Shown here: piece by piece, positions 37,540-51,307 of the stretch
Position numbering within the stretch: the first letter of the stretch is position 1
Layout of the letters: the number at the start of each line of letters is the position of its first letter
NCBI GenBank assembly: GCA_037447605.1
Contig: CM074812.1
Span: 434,001 to 498,000 of the forward strand
DNA: 64,000 nt
Source: Zygnema circumcarinatum SAG 698-1b
Taxonomy: Eukaryota > Plantae > Zygnematophyceae
Direction of reading: 5' to 3'
Translations under genes and position numbers: made by a program
Notes under the pieces: generated by a model
Databases searched by the model: none
What the model was told of the DNA's origin: nothing
The model's input: the letters and a program-made list of their open reading frames with translations, nothing else

Positions 37540-38600
37540 AAGAGAGACAGAGAGGGAGATTTCGGCAGAGTTCACACTGGAGTTCACCTTACCTTATTCC
37601 GACATTACAAACAAAAATCCGAACTGCAGACTCGAATTCCGCCATCGAACCCATCCACACATGACAGGCAAAACTTCCCAAAAAAAAAAAAAAAAGAACC
37701 CTAAGGGGAGGGAGGGAGGGCGGCCTGCACCTGCTGTGCTGTTGAGCTCCTCCACAGTGAGCGCTGCCCGAGTCTCCGCCGCTCTGTGTCGCTGTTCCGT
37801 TGCCCGCAACTGCTGCCGCGCATGGGCCGCCGCCAAAACTGCCGCGTCGAGCTCCCTCTCCAACCCTTCAATCCGCCTCTCTTGAGCCTGGAGGAAGGGG
37901 TTCAGGGGTTTAACGGAATTAGGGTTTAGGGTTTAGGTTTTAGGGTTTAGGGGTTAGGGGTTAGGGTTTAGGGTTTAGTGTTAGGGTTTAGGGTTAGTGT
38001 TTAAGGTTTAGGGTTTAGGGTTTAGGGTTAGTGTTTAAGGTTTTGGGGTTTTGAACGTTTTTGAGGATCAATAGCGAGTTTAAGGGGGTAAAGAGTTTAG
38101 GGGTTTAGGGTTCGGGATGTTTAGGGTTAGGGTTAAATGATCCTCAGGGTTTTAAGGTTTTTTAGGGTTTTAGGGTTTAGAGGGTTTACAATGTTGTTAC
38201 CTTGAGAACCCGCGCTTGATAGGCTACTGAGGAAGCTTCCGCGAAAGTGGGCTCGTCCGCATAGACCGCCGTTCCGAGCAAAATGCGTTGAAGGGAATCG
38301 ACGAGAGAATTTGTCTCCTACAAAACTTGAAAGGAAAAATTACAAGAAGTCCAGTTAGAAATTAGGGTTCCGTTATAGCTCCGTTAGGGTTCCGTTAGGG
38401 TTCTGTTAAGGTCCCGTTAGGGTTCCGTTAGGGTTTTGTTAAGGTTCCGTTAAGATTCCGTTAAATTTCAGTTAAGGTTCCGTTAGGGTTTGCACACACA
38501 CCCGCAAGTTCACAAGCGCGTTCCGCCATTTCTCTTCTCCTTGAGCTCCGGAGCCGCCCTCGCTGTCCTGTCTCTCCTTCTTCAAGCCGCGTGCCGCCAT
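37120..38600 (-). CDS. Short conserved plant coiled-coil protein (uncharacterised); exons 38600-38502, 38317-38201, 37887-37731, 37259-37120
   Basis: In-frame splice: MAARGLKKE...KWRNALVNLR|ETNSLVDSLQRILLGTAVYADEPTFAEAS..QARVLK|AQERRIEGLERELDAAVLAAAHAR...ELNSTA|VVFDAHRAKLRALQEELEKREAETQVLQAIIKTL. It resembles a recalled ~160-aa land-plant family with the motif LERELDAAI.AAAHAR. Confidence 0.82.
37905..38185. repeat. Degenerate (TTTAGGG)n interstitial array in an intron
   Basis: Directly visible. Confidence 0.88.
38362..38490. repeat. 11-bp minisatellite (CCGTTAGGGTT)n, telomere-like
   Basis: Directly visible. Confidence 0.85.
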
Positions 38601-41564
38601 TGCGCTCTCCCTTTGTCACTCTTCCCTCTCTCTCTCACCCTCTCCCTTCTCTCTTTCCCTCTCCCTCTCCCTCCCCCCCCTCTCTCTCCCTCTCCCTCTC
38701 CCTCTCCCTCTCCCTCTCCCTCTCTTTCCCTCTCTCTCTCCCTCCCCCTCTCCCTTTCCCCCCTCTCTTTCCCTCACCCTCTCCGTCTCCCCCACTCTCT
38801 CTCCCTCTTCCTCTCCCTCTCCCTCTCCCTCTCCCTCTCCCTCTCCCTCTCCCTCTCCCGCCCTCTGAACCCTAAAACCTAAACCCAAAACCCTAAATTC
38901 TGACCCTACATCCTAAATTTTAAATCCTAAATCTTAAACCCAGCACCCTAAAGCCCGACCCTGTTGTAAGAAGAAAAAGAACCCTAACCCTGCGAAGGCC
39001 CCATTAGGGGAACTCATTCTGAGCAACCGCGGGACGCATTTTAAATCAGAATCAAAATTACCACACACCTGAAATCTCGCAAAAAAATACCGATTTTGTT
39101 TTCATTTTCAACTCCTTTTTTTAAGAAGGAATACCCCTAATCTAGACATTATAGAAAACCTCCACTGTACGGCAGCTTGTCCTGTAGTCCATAACTGCGC
39201 AAGTGGGATTGGTCCGATGAGATCCTGCTCGTACGTCCAATGGATACATCTGTCCGTACAATCACCGATATTCCCGAAAATCTGCACCGTCCATTCGTAC
39301 AAGCATCGACATTTTCCGAAAATCCGGGACGTCAATTCACACGTGCGGGAATCGCTGTCGGGACTATTTTGCGACCGGTCAATGCCGTCGTTCGCAGTTC
39401 CCTGCAACGGGGCTGAGCGGCCTGCCCTATGGCCACATGTGATGGTGACGGTCACGCTGACGTTTCACCTGTTTAAAGACATGCTTGATGACGTCCTTAC
39501 GTTAGTGTGACGTTTCGTACAGCCTAGGAAAAACTCCAAAAGTGAGGGCCTATGTGATCTGGCCAATCAAATTATGCCACGTAAGCAACTATTTTAAAAG
39601 TGGCAACACGTATGAGACGGTTTTTTTTTTTTTTAGGGTTCTTAGAGGGTACTTTTTATAGACCGTAAAGTGGTTTGTTCTCGGATCGACCTCTGCCAAA
39701 ATATAACTGTCTTGGCAGAAAAGCCGGAAACTAGGGCGTAAAGAGTGATTCGGGGCCGTCCGATTTCGCAAGTGCCAGATAATCGGACGATCAGATCGTG
39801 GCCGGAATCAGGTCGCCAGTCAGATTAAAGGTTGGCGTCCAGGAAATGTCCGACCCAAGTTGCTTTGGCTTTTGACTCCAGGTGGATAAGTCAAGGTAAG
39901 TCAATGTTAAAGTGCCGCGTGTCCATTCTTTACAGGTCAAAGTCTAGGACTGGAGTTCGGGCCAGTGGCCAGATTTTGGAATTTTCCTCAATGCCGGAAA
40001 AAGTGACGTTCACAGCCATGGGGCCACCGACAGAGATCTTCATTTGACTTTACAACGACACAACTTATGACCGTCAGATCTGTCGGTGCAATATTTTTTA
40101 ACGGTTTAGATTTTCCAACTCTTATGGGACAGTTATGATGAATGATAGCTGCCGGAAGAGGGACAAAATCGATTCAGGTCAGTCCAAACGTGTACCACCC
40201 GTACAGAACGAAATAATGAGAGCGGTTAGAAGCCGACAAAACAGGAGCTAACCCGTACGGACAATTACGGTTAATAGGCGCCGCAAACTTCGTCGAAATC
40301 TGCGCCGATTTGAACCGTTGAATTTTGAAGATTCCATTTTTAGTTGCCGCAAAAAACTCAGTTTCTTGATTTGTTTGTGATTTGACTTCTGGTTTGCAAC
40401 ATGCTGACGTAATCAATAGGCAGATTTGACCAATCAACGTTCAAGTGGCCAAATCTGGCCGGATTTTTCCACTCGCTCCCTGACGCTGACGTCACATATT
40501 TGCCTCCCTGGCACCAAGTTGCAAACCTACCGGCCAAGTTTGCAAACTGACCGCTCGGCGGCCCCCATGGAAAAAGTTCGCAACATCAATTTTTTTCCCT
40601 CCCACATTCAATGCAATTTTAAATGCAAAAAAACAACTTTTAGATTTTCCGGTTAAAAAAACAATTACCAAAATATGGCAGTTCCCCATACCTCAGATTC
40701 GCCAAAATCCCAAAATTCGAAATTTCAACCTCCACAAAAAACGCCTTTAGGGCAGCTCCAAACCTTTCCTTAAGTCTGCCCGTCCTTTTCGACGTGTCCC
40801 CCTAAAGGAATTCCGACGTACACGTCATCATTATGTCGGTGCAGTGGGTCGGTGCACCGACCACCGGCCGGCTGGCTGCCGGCCGGCTGTAAAGGAAAAA
40901 GTTGCCCATCGGCGCCGGCCGGCATCTTTACCTGCCCAAATTTTAGGGTTTGGCTTTCCTCACTTTCCAAATGGCAGGGACAGGTGGCAGGCGGAGAGCG
41001 CTCGGGGCCGCTATGGCGGGAGGAGGGAGGAGGAAGCATGGTTCCTTGCGCTGCTCCCTCTGCAGGGAATCCACGGCTGCTCCTTAGGGGAGAGAGAAAG
41101 GTGTGCAAGGAAGAGGGATAGTGAGAGGGAGAGGGAGCGGAGAGAGCGAGAGTGAGCGGAATAAGGTGAGGGAGAGAGTGGGAGGTGGAGGGGGGAGAGA
41201 GAGGGAGAGGAGAAGGGAGGAGAGACAGAATTAGGGAGAGTGAGAGGGATAAGGTGAGGAAAGGAAGAAGAAGAGAGAGAGGAGAGGGAGATGGAGCGGG
41301 CGAAGGTGAGAGAGAGGGAGAGGTAAAGTGAGGGAGAGTGGAAGAGAGAGAGGGCGGAGAAGAGGATAGAGGGATGGAGAGTGTGTGGATGTTGTAATAA
41401 GAAAGCAAGATTGAGTTTTTGGGTTTCTGGTGAGTTGGACTGGGAGAGGGAGTGAGAGCGAGTGAAAAGTTGTGAAGGGAGAGAAAGGGGGAGTTAGAGG
41501 GAGAGGGAGAGGGAGAGGGAGAAGTTCAGAGAGAGACGAGAGGGAGAGAGAGAGGCAGAGGGAG

Positions 41565-44500
41565 ATGGCCCGGGGGGGTTCGGAAGTAGTGGCAGTCTCG
41601 CTGTTGGGCTGCCACGCGGTGCGCAGAAATGCGGAGGAGATACCGTTTCTTGAATTTGGAGAGGGAGCAGAGTGTGGAAAGGAAGAGAGAGAGAGAGTGG
41701 GAGAGGGAGATGGAGAGGAAAAAGGAGAGAAGTTGATGATCGTGCTGGAAGGAGGGGGAAGCGGGAGGAGACTTCTGAGGAGTGGGAGCGGCTGCTGTGG
41801 AGGGAGGGGAAGGCCAACCATGTCGGAGCTGGAAGAGCTTCTTGGGAGCAATGGGGGTGGGTGGGAGAGGGAGGGAGAGGGAGGGGGAGAGAGAGAGGGA
41901 GAGGAGGGTGGCTCGGTGGAGCCACGTGGCAGTTTGCATGGCGTTGGATTTGAGGCGGGAGAGACAGGGGAGGTCAAGTATGCGGAGGGGTTAGAGAGTG
42001 GGAGAGCGAGGCGGGTTGTGAGGGAGGTGAGACGTGGGGAGAGAGTGTGGGAACGTGAGAGAGAGGTAGAGCGTGGGGGAGAGGAGGGGGAAGGTAGATG
42101 GGGAGAGGTAGGGCCAGAGAGCAGGGAGGAGAGAGGTAGAGAGAGTGAGGTGGAGAGAGATGGGGGAGAACAACCAGGAAGAGAGTATGTGGTTGAATGG
42201 AAAGAGGAGACTGAGGGAGAAAAAAGAGGAGAAAGAGCAGGAGGAACAGAGGGAGAGAGGGGCCGAGGGAAGCGGGTGGAGAGGGAAGGAGAGAGAGGGG
42301 TAGGGCGAGGGAGAGAGAGAGGAGAGAGAGGAGGAGAGAGGGGGACGACAAGAGAAGGCGCGAAAGAAGGAGATAGAGGTGGAGAGAAACGAGCCGAAAG
42401 AAGCGGTGATAGTGGGGTAGGGAGAGAGGGAGAGGAGGGAGGCGAAGAAGGGGAGAGAGAGAGAGACAGACAGCGGGAGAGAGAGGTCGGCTCTACCACA
42501 GCAGAGGCACGGGTTGTACGGAGTGGGGTGTTAGGCCCCACTAAGGCAGTTCAATTTGGAGCTTTTGGCTCTCTCAAATTCAGAATTGTTTATGTAGAGA
42601 GTGAGAGGGGGCTCTCTCCATGGCACAATCTTCCGTTATATGCTCCGGACGGACTGTTAAACTGTGTCTGTACAACCACAGCAGGGAAATGGCTCCGTTT
42701 TGAAATCTCCCAAAAGGAACCGTTCAACCCATTACAAGTTGCACGGAGGAACGGAAAACCGTTACGTTTTACGGAGAACGCTCCATGGAACCTCGGACTG
42801 CTCCCTCAAACTTGGGCTGATCCGGAGCAGCCGGTTCAGGAAGAGACTGTGAAAAAACTTTTTGGTTTTTTGGACAAAATTGGAGAGGAGAGAGAGATGA
42901 GAAGTTTGGATATAGGGAGTGGGGGAGGAGCAAAGAAGGGGAATTTTAGTGGCAATTTGGGGAGGGAGGAGAGGAGAGGAGCATGGAACAAGGAATTCGG
43001 AAAATCCGTTTCACGGAACGGACAATCCCTGCGTAATGATGGGTGTCCGTTAGAGGTTATCGATGTCGGTGAAAAGGTTCGACGGAGAACTGGAGACATG
43101 TATTTGGTGAAACCACTAGGAGCGTTTGCTGTTGTGGAGAAGGGAATGCATCTCTCGTGGAAGATCTTGGCCGTCGATTCGGAGGATCCGAGGGTGGAGA
43201 GCATGCATGGAATTGCTGACGTGGAGAGGGCCATGCCGGGGGTGCTGGAGGGCATTGCGGAGTGGGTCCGTACATGTCTGTGCGTGGAGGCTGGTAAGTG
43301 AGGGGGAGGGGAAGNNNNNNNNNNCTGCTTCCACGGCCAAGCTGCTGACGTGGCAGTTGCAGCGGAGGCCATTGCTGACGCACACTCCGCCTGGCAGTTA
43401 TATTCGCACCAAATTGTTCAACCGAAAAAACCGACATTTTCGTCTTATCTAACCGCCGAAAACTTGGAGGAAGCCTGGGCTCCGTACACCTCCCTAGAAG
43501 CTGATTCCCTACTGGCTCCATGTGGCTCAAATTCGTCAAATTCCGTTGGAATTTACAATAAAGCATGGGCAAGTGTGGAGGAAGTTTTGGCCAAACAGTA
43601 CGGAATACGGAACGACGGAAAAACTGCGCACGGAACTGTAGCCACAAGGAGCGGCCGACTGCAAGTGGCAGTTACAAAACACGTGAGAAAACTAAGTAAC
43701 GATTTAAATTTGCCGAGAAACAAATGCAGACCTAGCCCTATTATTAATACTCTTTTATGTGGGAGTGATCAATGTTCGGAATTTAACCGACTTGATACTG
43801 AGGGGTCTATTAGTAGTTTTGGTGGAATTAGTAATGGTCGTAATGGGGGTAGAAGTGGTTTCGGGGGGAAAGGGAGAGGGGGGGGTCCTGCCTCTCCTTC
43901 CTCTCCTTCAAGTCCTCCCTCTGTGGGAGAGCTCACTGTGGGAGTAGAGCAAAAACCCCATAGAGTTGACCAAAAGAAGAAGGGAAAGGGGGGTCAAATT
44001 CCAAAGCGATCTGTATCTGAAACTGGAAAAGGTCCAGGTTCTCAACCGAAGAATGGGTTGGGTAACGGATATCGGAACGGTAACGGTCTGTGGGTTGCCA
44101 TGGAACCGGCGTCAGGAACGGCAAACGGAACGGGAACAGGAACGGAGGCACATGTGGCAGTTTTTGATGAAGGAGGGGGGTCACATGGAGTATGGTTTCC
44201 GGAAATCAGTTACGACCCACAACAGGTTTTCGAAGATAGAACGGGTCGCAGTTCCAGTTTTACGGGGAAGGGAATTCATGCTGCGAGTTTGATTGAAATT
44301 CAGGAATATGAAGATGGGAGAGGAGGAGGAGGAGGAGGAGGAGGAGCAGACATTTATCTGAGAGCCAAGATTTGGCCTCCCACTCATAAGGGGAGGGGGT
44401 TGGGAGGGAGAGAGGGAAGCGGAGAGGGAGAACAGGTGGTGGTAGCAGGACGCGAAGTCTTGGGAGGTGAGAGAGGAGTTGGGAGAGAGAAGACTCTCTC

Positions 44501-45605
44501 TACCTCTTCTTCCTTCAAGAGAGCACCGGCTCCATTTAGAAGGAGAGAGAAGGATGGAGAGGATAAGGGGCACCGTAGAGAGGGGAGGGAGGGAAGTGAG
44601 GGAGGGAGGGCCGGAACGGGAGAGAAGGCTGGGCATAGGAGAGAAAGGAGATCGGCGAGCATGGAGGCAGAGAGGGGACACGCTGCTTGGGTGAAGGTGA
44701 GAGAGAGAGTGCGAGAAAGGGAGGGGAGAAAGCAAATGAGAGGGGGAGGGATGGTTCATAGTGATAAAGAAGAAGAGGGAAAGTTGAAGCATTCGCCGTC
44801 GCCTTCTTTCAGTCGCATGCTCGAGTTAGATGAGTTGAGTGCGAGAGCGGAGAGAGAGGAAAGGAGGGAGAAGAGAGTGAGTGAGAGAGCGGTTCGGGAG
44901 AAAGGTGAGGTGGAAGATGGCTGGGAAAAGGGCCGAAAATTTGATCATGTTCCCTCCTTCAGTTTCGACTGTCCAGTCAAAGGTAAACCTAAAGAGGATG
45001 ACAGTTCGGGGGAGATTTCAAGCTTGAAGTTGACGAAGGACGAAGGTTCAGCAGAGAGAGAGAGAGGAGAGGGAGGTAGGAGAGAGAGAGAAGAAGGGCT
45101 GGATAGCGAGCGAGAGGAATATGAAACACGTGTTGAACAGCCTTTGGATTTTAGCATATCTCTCGAAAGTTGGAAATTAGGATTGGAGCCTCTTGATGCA
45201 GAAATCAAAGGAGGAGAAGGAGGAGGAAAGGGTAGGAGATACTTAGCCGGCTCTGATCTTCCTGAAACGAGAGAAAACTCAGTCGCAAATCCACGTGCAG
45301 TGTTGTATGCTTTATCACCTGTTTATGGGGAAGCAGCGGTAGNNNNNNNNNNAGTGATAGGAAGAGAGATAGGATGGGTAGGAGGACCGATAGGAGGGAG
45401 CTTTGCCTGGCAACTACCTCCTGAAACTGAAGGAGAAGACCTCACTGGGCAGCTCTTAGAGGAGAGTGAGGAGGGAGAGGAGGGCGAGAGCGATGAGGAA
45501 GAGGAAGAGGAGGAAGACGAGAGTGTACATGTGCAGGGAAACTCCTCTACAGTTCAGTTAGCCGTTCCTCCTGAAACGCCGTTAAGGTCAGACTTCCAGT
45601 TTTAG
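41565..45605 (+). CDS. Long low-complexity protein containing a degenerate family-I soluble inorganic pyrophosphatase (PPa6-like) domain. Exon 41565-43293, then intron/N-gap, then exon ~43325-45605 (internal N-gap)
   Basis: SPWHNLPL, FEISQKEPFNPL, GKPLRF, WNLGLLPQTWADP, DGCPLEVIDVG, VKPLGAFAVVE, SWKILAV...DP, DVERAMPGVLEGIAEWVR, then after the gap AAEAIADAHSAW, all collinear with the PPa6 fold. Confidence 0.8.
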
Positions 45606-46825
45606 TTTCAGTCTGATAGCAGCCACGGGTAATGTGAGGATTTTGGAAACCGTGGGGCCCAATTTTGGACAAGTAAAAATTGTGTGAAACTGGAAACCAT
45701 AAATTGTAAACTAGATTGATTGATTCAGACCCTTTTTTGTTTTTACCTCCTTGCTTTTTTTTTGCATCTCCTTTTTTGCTTTTCCATCTGAGCCTTGTTA
45801 TGTCTTCCTCTTTTTGCTTTCTTTGCTTTTTTTTCTTTCCGTTTGAATGTGGGCAATGAAACATTAGGGAATATATGTTGGAGATCCAATAGAACTGCAA
45901 ATTTTTAAATATATCTTGTCCTGTTTTCCTTTCGTTTTGTTCCCTTCCACTCTGTTCGACACCTGCTACACCGACTCAAAGATTTTATTATGACACCAAT
46001 CAATATTTTTCGGATTATAGTTCAATTTCGATTGAGTGAATTTGTTTAACCTGCGGAACAATGATTAACAGTGCAGCTTTCAGATCAACAATCGCGAGGT
46101 CCAATCTTTAGCTTTCTCGTTACGTATTTGAAATCTAAACACGCATAGGAGTTGTAGGGTTTTAGGGATTTCGGGATTTCGGGGTAATGCTAAATTTCTT
46201 AAAGAAATAAAAAAGGAAGGGGAGGGGTGGAGAAAAGGAAAGATAAGAAGCGCAAATATCGATTTAAAGTGGCATTTTTCGGGCACTCCGTCTGCGTCTC
46301 CGTAAGAAGTTCTCTGTAGAACTGACAGACCATTTGGTCGACCAATTCTCCGATTATTCCTCCCCTCCAACTGAAAGATAGGAAACTCACTAAATCACGT
46401 GAGCTCGCTCATTATTAACATTTTGGAAGCGCTCTCACTTATTGACATCTCCAACGACCTAAAAGAAACCTAAAAGCCGTAAATATGCCTACAAATAGGA
46501 AAAGAATCCTAAAGGCCCTGAAACAGTGGGATTGAGAAACTCTCCCAAAAGTATATTTTCTTAGAAAGGCCAGCACCAGGTTGGATTCGAATGAAACACT
46601 ACGACTTAATAGCACCACCCTGACCTCTGAAAGACCTAAAAGCCCCGAAACCCACCAACCCTAAAACGCCTGAAACCTGAACCCTAAACCCTAAACCTCA
46701 CCGGGAACAGCAGATAAGAAAGCGCTTTCAGGCTCTTCAGGGATTTTAGGGTTTCTAGGTTTACTGACCGTCCACTATCAGACTCCATTGAGGCCGGGGA
46801 TGCAGCTATGGGGAAGATATCAACC

Positions 46826-48213
46826 CTAATAGCATAGATCTCCGTTCTTTTGAACAATGCGTCTGTGAATCCACATGGAAATGTCCTCCGCGCAAGCCTC
46901 CGCCTGAGGAGTATTCAATAGAGGCTCCGCCGTGGCAAAGCCATGAACTACATCTTTATAGTCGTTGACTTGAGCATCGACTCCAAACTTTTTCAAGAAG
47001 ATGCTGTAAGCGACGGCTCGGTCTCTAAGCATGTCATGCTCCGCAGTGATGAGAAGAGTGGGAGGCATTCCGGGAGGGCACTCTCCTTTGACGAGAGGAT
47101 TGCAAGCAGGATGATCAAGAGAGAATTCCTCCTCTTTGAGAAAGAGTCGCCAGACAAGGTTGAGTGTGGCTTTGTCATAAAAGTAAGAACTATCGCCTAT
47201 CTTGATCTCCGCGGGAGTGGGACTCGAGCCTCCGAAAAGAGGGTACAGCAGTACCTGGTACAGAGAATTCAGACAAAATACAAGAGACGCATAAGGGGGT
47301 CTGAATGTGATCCAATACAAAACGCTAAACAAAAGAAATTGGATGAAATCCAGGACAATACGCTACACGAATACAGTACACAAGACCCTAAAAAGGCTGA
47401 TTCAATGCACCAGTTTTTGGAATCGTTCAAAACAGTAATGGCTTGAGCTTCTGAGGAAGGCAACCTAACATGTGAAATAACAGCAACTTGCGGTTTGAAG
47501 AAGAGGTAGTTGACAAACAGAAACTTACGTGTAAAATCATTTTTTTATTAGATTCTGGCTCTACAATGCCTTTTGAATCATTTCTGAAAAGGCAGCACTG
47601 CTGAGCCATATGCCCTATATGTTTCGCTGAATTTAGATAAGTGTCGAAGGAATCTGTCTTGAAAAAGTTGAAGGCATACAAATGCAGTTTTGAACTACAG
47701 CGGTAAGGAAATCTGAATAATCAAACTAATTCCGGCTAAAGGTCCCAGAATTCCATAAATAAATTAGATAGCTCAGAGCTGAAGAACCAATTGGTCGATT
47801 CTAGTAGACTTTGGAGGGAACGAGGGAAGGAGGGAAGGAGTGAGGGAGTGAAGGAAGTCTGCTTTTTGACTTAAGCTGCTCTGGGGCACGTCCAGTGAGA
47901 GCGCCTTTACCTGTGCTGCAATATTGACAAACCCTAATTCATGAGCTCCCTGTGGAGTGGAGGCCCTCCTCGCGACATGGTCAGCTATGTTGGCGCCGGA
48001 ACTTACTCCCAATAAAATCACTCTGTTTTCTCACAGATCCACAGAAAGGAGATGATTGGATGAATACAGTGCATAAAGGAGGGTGGTTTTTCTGCGACTG
48101 CGAAGTTCAGAGTCAAGTGCAGGGGGGTAAGAGAGAAAGAATTTAATCAATCAACCCCAACCACATAGCTTTCCTGCTTAGGGAGTGCGAGAGAGAGACC
48201 GAGAGAGGAGAGC

Positions 48214-48277
<64 letters not shown>

Positions 48278-49404
48278 AACAGAGGGGGGAGGTGAGAGAA
48301 AGCGAGTAAAAAAAAGGTAACAAGAAATAGGAAAGGTTGTTGTAGCCTTCACATAGTAAGTACCTTGAAAAATCCGCATGCATTTGCAGCCATGGATCCA
48401 CGACTTCGTGTATGAGCGATCTCGCTGTTTCTCTCAGTTCGGAAAGATCTGGATTCCGCTTCCAATTTATCGCTGCTGCGGGAGACGTGTCATTGTTAAT
48501 CAAAGTTGCTTCATGTGCAAGCCATCTCAAAACTTCATAGCCATCGTCATAAGCCGCGGGATACTTGTGCTCAGGAGCCAGCCTGTATCCAACAGCAATA
48601 ACAATGCAGTTGCATACCTACAAGTAGACAAATAGAAGATAATGGGGAAGAAATTTAAACGAGGAAATTAGGAATACTGGGGAGGTATGAATAAAATCCG
48701 GAATGCGAAAAGCGACTGTGAAAACAATTGATAAAAAAAGAAGTAAAAAAGTGCAGAATTGAACAGAGTCAGCATAACCTATATTTAGGAAATGTAGCTG
48801 CAAATCAGTTTTTTTTTTTTTTCTCCAATTCAGCACCTGCAACATCACACACACACATCACATCCAGATCACATCTAGCCGGGACCTAAACAACCCTAAA
48901 ACCCCTAAAAATTCTAAAACACCTCTCCCTCGCCCTCCTCACCTTGGCAATGCGCCGACAAAAGGCATCATTTGCAGGAGTGTCTTTACTACCAACAACA
49001 AATCCACCAGCATGAAACTGCACGATGAGCGGCAGCTTGTGATTGTTTGATCCCTGCTTCGGTATGTATCCTCTATAAGGCGGCTCATCGCTTGAATCCT
49101 GCATGATATTATTATCTGTTGATGTTGAGACTTCCGAAGAAGAGTGTACTTTCACTCCCATCTTCTTCACCATCCAGCTGTATCCATGGATCGCTCCAGA
49201 CTGGATGGCTGAATCAGGCAGAAAGATCCGAACAGAAAGGCCTGCATCGATCATGATATCTTTCGTTGCTACGCCGTCGAAGAATGCGGCGTTTGGAGGA
49301 ACCTTCTTTGCATCGCTTCGAAATGGGCCGTCTTTTCGATCAAAGCGATATTTCAGAATCATTTTGAAGAGAGCGCTGTAGACTCGTAAACTCATAGGCG
49401 GCAT
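46826..49404 (-). CDS. Carboxylesterase, alpha/beta-hydrolase-3 family (CXE11/CXE16-like); exons 49404-48943, 48617-48364, 48022-47911, 47254-46826
   Basis: DGVATKD, KLPLIVQFHAGGFVVGS, FCRRIAK, AVGYRLAPEHKYPAAYDDG, LLGVSSGANIA (Ser), AEHDMLRDR (Asp), DVVHGF (His). Confidence 0.93.
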
Positions 49405-51307
49405 TTTGAGAAGCGATGCCGCTTACAAATAAAAAAAGGGAATCTTGGTCGAGTATCTTATGTTGTTCCTTAACCAGCTGGCGATTGCAGCTGAGCGTAA
49501 ACCAAGCGTTTTTTTAAGCAATGACAGAACGAAGGTCAGAGCTGCAAATCTGCAATATAGCTGCTTCAGGACTTAACAATACAACTGGAAAAAAGCTCAA
49601 AATCTAAGTACACCAACAATTCATGGCAGGAATCTTGGTTCCAAATGTGGATTGGAAGCGAGCAGGAGTCGCAGTTGAATGAGGAACAACGGTTTGCTGA
49701 ACAGCAGCACACTTTTGAAGTTTTGAATGCTTCAAATATTTGCTCCTAACTCTCTCCCTCTCAATCTCTCTCTCTACCTCTCAATCTCTCCTCTCAATCT
49801 CTCTAACTCTCCGTCTCAATCTCTCTCTCCCTCACAGTCTCTCCCACTCGCTCTCTCCCTCTCCCCTGCCTGCAGGAATCTTCAAGACAGAACTACGGTG
49901 GGCTTGAATCAAACCAATGGGCACTGGCCACGTATGTACAAGCGTACGCGTGGCGAGCCCTCATTGGAGGACTCTCGCGTAAGAGTTCGCAATGGAGCAC
50001 TCGGTTTGATGTCAGAGCTGCCCCTCGGAAAATAGTTTAGAGGAAAACATTCTCCTGCCCGTTTTACCTGCCCGGAGCGTCGTTTCCATAAGCCCATTGG
50101 CTGGAACTTGAAGATGTGACATCAACAGAACACCTTGAAAAATGATTTAATTATGACATACTGTATAGAATCGGTATGTTTTATTAATACTTTTCAATAT
50201 ATGTTTGTACTAATTCTATTTTAAGAAATCTCTGTTTGATTTTATTTCTTTTCCAGGTTAACGGTCAAACTGGACTTCAAATTTATTACAGAATCATCCA
50301 CGTGTCGGCACGTGATTGACCAAAGATGTGGGAGAAGGAACTTCGGAGATAAACCCGGAAGTTGAACGACCCAAAAGTTAGCCCATTTCCGGACCCACTT
50401 CCATGGGTCTCGGTTTTGCTGCGCTCGAGTCGCTCGGTGAATCATCGACGAGGTTGATCAGAGATCCATCGATATAAGTAAAGCAGGTTTGAATTCCCCT
50501 TCGACCGTTTCCGTCGGATCAACTTTAGGCATGTGAAACCCGTTGATCCCGAGAGAAAGCCATCCCCGAGACTTTGGGAAATGTCGGCGAAAGCGGACAA
50601 CAAATGTCGGTGCGTTCCCTCGCCCTAACAAACATGTCAACGGTCAAAGGATCCATGACGGCAGCTAAACTGCGGTTCCATGCCAAATTAATTTTACTAC
50701 AGTTCAAGCAGTTCTATGATAACTAAGACAGTTGGATCCACAGTACCAAATATTTTTTTTTTTTTTTTTTTTTTTAAATTCCACGGAATGGGCCAACCCT
50801 TGATTGCCACGTAAGCAAACATCTCTCTCGCGGCGAGCTCTGATTGGATCATCATTTGCTTGAAGTGGACTCAGTATTGTAGTCAGGCCAAGGCCCTGAG
50901 GCCTTAAACCCTGCGAAATCGTGACGTGACGTTTTACTTAGAACTTTCGCTGAATCAGGATTTAGCTGCGCGCCAAAACGGGCTTTTCCGCCGGCGCCCT
51001 CGCCCGCTTCGCCGAAGGAACGTTCAGGGCTCGGCCATGGCTGCCGGCCCTCGCCTCCTCTTCCTCCGCAGTCTCCCTAAGGCGATGCTTCACATCCATG
51101 GTTAGGATCTGCAGTAGCTCATTGAAATTTAGGGTTGTAACCACCGCTTAAAAACCTCTGGATGTTTCCCAATTTAACGTTGTAAACCCTAAAAACTCCA
51201 GTCCTTTGAAGGTGAGGAACTGTTTCAATGGAGGATATGAAAAATGGTTAGGGTTTAAGTTATTCTGAGGGTTTTGAGAGCGCGAATGAGCTTCACGCTG
51301 GCGGCGA

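Noticed and set aside
46826-49404. Possible GID1 gibberellin receptor
   Set aside because: The Ser-Asp-His triad is intact, and the GVSSG motif and N-terminus fit the CXE11/16 type; GID1 lacks the catalytic His.
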